Of a DNA stretch of 64,000 nucleotides, positions 59,876 through 64,000 are shown in pieces. Positions within the stretch are counted from its first letter, which is position 1. Every line of letters starts with the position of its first letter. A program made the translations under genes and the position numbers. The stretch is from the human T2T-CHM13v2.0 reference genome, Homo sapiens: the NCBI RefSeq assembly GCF_009914755.1, contig NC_060928.1. One strand, 5' to 3'. Below the pieces are notes generated by a model. It saw only the letters and a program-made list of their open reading frames with translations, did no database searches and was not told the origin of the DNA.

Positions 59876-61679
59876 TGTGTGAATATGCATTACCTTTTAA
59901 ATAACTCTATGAACTAATTATTAACAATCCTTTAAAGTCTCTCCTGTCTCTAAATTCTATATTCCATCCTTTTTTCTTTCCTTGACCATACAGAAATACC
60001 TTCCTTCAAAATTAAGCAGAAGTAAGAACTAGAGATATGTGTGCGTATTTGCTTGTATGTGTGTATATCTTTGAGGCCAAAGATATTAGCAAGTAACAAA
60101 AGATGCATGCTTTATTCCATTTAACCCTATGCAAATCTTAAGGATGCATGAGAACTTGTTTCAAAAAGTATAATAAAAATATCATTAATAATTTTTAAAA
60201 ACATAAGAACATCTAGGTAACCTGGAACACTTTAGATTCCACATCTTGATGTCTTTTTAATTCCACCAAAACAGAAACAAAAACTTATTTAATGACTGAA
60301 GAAGGGGATTCTTTCCACATTATAGTCCATGACCCAGTTAAGACCAAACACAGCACTTAGTTAACTTAGGCCAAATGTAGGCCAGCGTCATGGTGTCCAC
60401 ATAATTAGAATTATGCAGAAGCCACCCTTTGTATAAGAGGAATCACAGCATTTTACATAGCTAGTTTGGAAGAATGGGAACATTGAGCCCTTCTCTGATC
60501 ACATGCTGCCAAAGATTATTAAATGTTTAGCCATTCATGAGGAAACAATAATCATTCAAATCGCTCATTTGACCTTGTTCAAAATACTAACATTCAAAAT
60601 GTGTCTAAGCTGCTTTGTAACAGCACTTTATTTTCAAGTGGCTTTCTTGAATATAGCTAGTTATTGCCTCACAAACCAGCAAGAGTCACATAGTTACTTC
60701 CCTAATTAGTCCCATAAGATATTTACAGGTCTGCATTAGGCAGACCGCCCTAGGAATTCAGCAACATGACTAAATATTTGGTCATAAGAAAGCAAAACAG
60801 GAAGCAGTGACATGACACTCTATTTGTTCGGAGACTGGACATTAGAACGGTACACAGGTGTCCAATCATCAACTAATAGCAAAGGCTTTAAAACCGAGGC
60901 ATTCCTTTTGAATTTTCTTTTTAGAAATTTTGACTGCCTTGTACTGTCTGTTTTGGTTTTTTATTTTTTAATTTGAAAAGAAGCAAATTTAATTTTACTT
61001 ATCAAGTATCCTGGGGAGAGAAAGGATTCAGTCCTAAACTCTCACTTTTAAAATGTTATCCTGTTTCCTACCATAAGAATGGCAGTGGCTCACTCTTCAA
61101 GCTTCATGAAACTGACTCTAAAAGTGTTAGTCACTTTTTTTCACAGAAGCATTGCTAAAAATTAAACTTTATCCTGAAACTATTGGGAATATAAAACCAG
61201 ACACATAACCAGAATTGTGCCTAGTTGAGGAGGTTACCCTGGACCCAATCCTGTTATAGATCTAAGCCACTCCATGGCAAGAGAAACGGTACAAGGAAAG
61301 AGAAGGCCGTAACAATGAATAGAGGTGCCTAAAGATTTGAGAAATACTGAAAGATAAAAAGTCCTCACTATCAATGAGATTATGAAGTAATCTGGAAGGC
61401 CTGGGTCTCATGACCTGCCATTAATACTTTTCTCTTTTTACAGACCACCCTTTAAATTTATGTCACCCCCTTTTTTAAAAAAAAAATCCCCTTCCTTTAA
61501 TTTTTGTTCTGTTCTAGGTTTCTAGTGATAATAGTTTTAATGACTGTTCTTCTCTAAAATGTTACAAGACTGAGACCACATTATTCCCAAGTGATACACC
61601 AATGTATGTTTCTCTGATGATTTCTGGTTCTTTTTACTTCTTCAGGAATTATTTCCAGTAGGACAGTGGAGACTTAGGG

Positions 61680-62073
61680 CAGTGGAGACTGGCTCTTCAC
61701 CAAATTTGTTTACTTTTCCTTCTGAGCCCACAGCTACATTTCTCTCCCTCTCTTACAGTTAGGTATGAACATGTGACTTGACTCTTGCCAAAGGAATGTG
61801 GTCAGAAGAGATATAAATCATAGAATTCTAAACTTCCAATAATGGTCAAAAAAATCCTCCCATCTGACCCTCCACTCTTTCCTTATCTATGGCTGTGTAA
61901 CCGTGCCCAAGATAGCCTTGGAACACACATGTTAAAGATGGCAGAGTCTCCATCAGTCTGGGCTCCTGCAAGGAGCCTTGCCCATCAATATGCAAAAAAA
62001 TGAATTTGTACTATGGTAAGCCACTAATATCTTAAGGTCCGTCTGTTACAACAGCTAAAGTTATTCTAAAACA
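61680..62073 (+). mobile_element. MLT1 (MLT1I/J-like) MaLR LTR
   Basis: 'cagttaggtatgaacatgtgact..gccaaaggaatgtg', 'taagccact..tgttacaacagc'. Confidence 0.65.
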
Positions 62074-63119
62074 GATGGTATCCAGAAATAGACCGTAGGA
62101 AAAAAATAATGTTGCAAAAAAATTGTCAATATTTTTGTATGTCTATTTCTTCTTCCTTGTTCCTTTTTAAAATTTTAATTTTTTTACTTTAACAGCCTTA
62201 TTTAAGCTCAATTTGCAGCTCTTTGCCCCTTACTGTAGCCACTTCCAGAATTCCAAACTTCTGCTTAACCTGGCACTACATCTACAGAAACTATAGCAGA
62301 GGAAGCATTAAAACAGATTGCCACTGAACACAGTGCTCTCTACAAACATGGAAGCCCAAACCACTCAATACAGAAGACATGAAAAGACACTAGAGAATCT
62401 ATTCTATGTACACATTCATAGTCATATTCTTTTTCTTTTTCTGCTTTCTGTCCTAGAAGACAAATCAGCGTGCAGGGGCTCAAAATGAACAACCTGAGTT
62501 GTTCATTTGACAAGTGACAGCCTGAGATCATTCTATTAAAACTCTACCCCCAAACAGCCTTTCAGTGCAAATTAATTCTCTGGGCTTTTGCTTCTATGGT
62601 TTGTTATGGTGACTGTTATAATGACTGAATTGATCTAGCTATGCTGGTATTTTACACTCATACTGCCTCCTACAAGATAAATGGTTTGTTCCCTCCATCA
62701 ATAATGATAATACCCTGCTATTATAGAAAAAATACAGTTACTACACATTTAAAAGCACATTCTTTGAGTCCAAATATAAATTTTTAAATATTATAATAAG
62801 TAGGAATATAAAAAGGAGTAATTAAAGGAATATTTGCTGAAAAACTTCAAGAAAATTTTATACCTAGTTTTCTTAACTCAAGAGGCAAAGCTCATACTTC
62901 CACACGATTTGCTTCTGTTAAATGATAATTAGATGATTTGCGAGTTTGTTTTGAGTAACTGGCAGTTTAAAAGAGCAGTCATAAGATGTAAGATCTACAA
63001 ATAACTAACAGCTTAATATGAACCATACACGATGAGGATAGGATAAGATACAACAAAGATGTTTACAAAGAGGGTGGTATCACTTAAAACTTACTTGCCT
63101 GAAAAACATCTTATAGAAA

Positions 63120-63332
63120 TATGGGGGACTTTGAAGAGGGACAGACCTGGGTTTATATTTCAGTTCTGTCTCCTGCTAGATGTGCACCCTTGGGCAAATT
63201 ATTTGACTGGTCCAATGCTCACCCTTCTCCTCTGTAAAATAGGTATAGTAACTCTCTAGGTCACGGGGTGGTCTGAGAACTGGTATGTTAAGTGACACAT
63301 GGTAGGTAGCTGCTATAAATTGTAGTTATTAG
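63120..63332 (+). mobile_element. MIR SINE
   Basis: 'agacctgggttt..ccttgggcaaattattt..tctcctctgtaaaataggtatagtaa'. Confidence 0.75.
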
Positions 63333-64000
63333 TATATCAGGAAAAGACATAATTTGACTTAAAAATCTTATCATTTTTTTCATTATGAAGTAAAGGTATC
63401 AGAGGTTTTCATCTAAAAGTTCTACTGAGATTTCTTTCCTAATTCATCTACCACATTGGCAGAAATAGCATTGCAAGCTTAACTTGGCCAAGTCTGCTTC
63501 ATTCATCTGTCAACAAGATTCTAGGGTTCAAACCGAGCTGACAATTGTTAAAGGTGGACAGGACAGAGCAGGCTGCACAACAGAGTCGTATTTCACACCT
63601 CAGAGAGTTCTCCACGACCAACAATAACATCATATCTCTGTCAGTCAAGCATAATTATAGGGCTTGATAGACTGATACAAATAAAACAGCCAGTTAAAAA
63701 AAAAGGTCTCCTGGCTCTTTTCTGGCTATAGTTACAGGACTTGCTTGATGCTGTGACCTGTGAATATTAGAATAACACTTCTTTTTGGGACAAAGAGACA
63801 GAGAGACTGCACCCACTATTGACTCTGAAAAGGATCAAAACTATGTGTAAAATTTGCTCCATTTAAAAACCCTAAAGTCATTTTGTAAATTTTGATCAAA
63901 CTCTCTCTGCTTCCTATTAAAGTGCAAACTTATTTTTAAGTGATCCAAAATAGAAGGTACCATTTGATAGTCACATAATACAATGGACTGACAAATCATT

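Noticed and set aside
63089-63110. tttttcAG|GCAA|GTAAGT as a 4-nt exon or recursive splice site
   Set aside because: Very short pyrimidine tract with a nearby upstream AG; expected by chance in 64 kb.

Overview
AT-rich, repeat-dense primate (most likely human) genomic DNA. It contains no prokaryotic-type genes, and almost every ORF in the supplied track is a translation of Alu, L1, LTR or Tigger sequence. The window is best read as two long introns of a minus-strand collagen gene flanking one 18-nt coding microexon at 30453-30470 (GGA CAG CCT GGT CCT CAG = GQPGPQ, with canonical splice sites). The peptide and context fit COL25A1; this is from recall of the protein, not a database search. Interspersed repeats include a full-length but dead L1PA6-like element with an open antisense ORF0, a 5'-inverted L1PA8-like insertion, about 16 Alus, solo LTRs (LTR12 x2, MER52, MER11, MSTA x2, THE1 with a nested MLT2A, LTR16, MLT2, MLT1), a full-length Tigger5-like transposon interrupted by MER11, and MIR/L2 relics. 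Repeat family names come from remembered consensus sequences and need RepeatMasker confirmation. I found no convincing wholly new biological system. The best unexplained signals are a perfect 44-bp inverted repeat in unique DNA, a candidate NAGNAG cassette microexon, a perfect 6x23-bp motif-bearing tandem repeat, gene-sense TE promoters (LTR12C, L1 antisense promoter/ORF0), and a patchwork templated-insertion scar.
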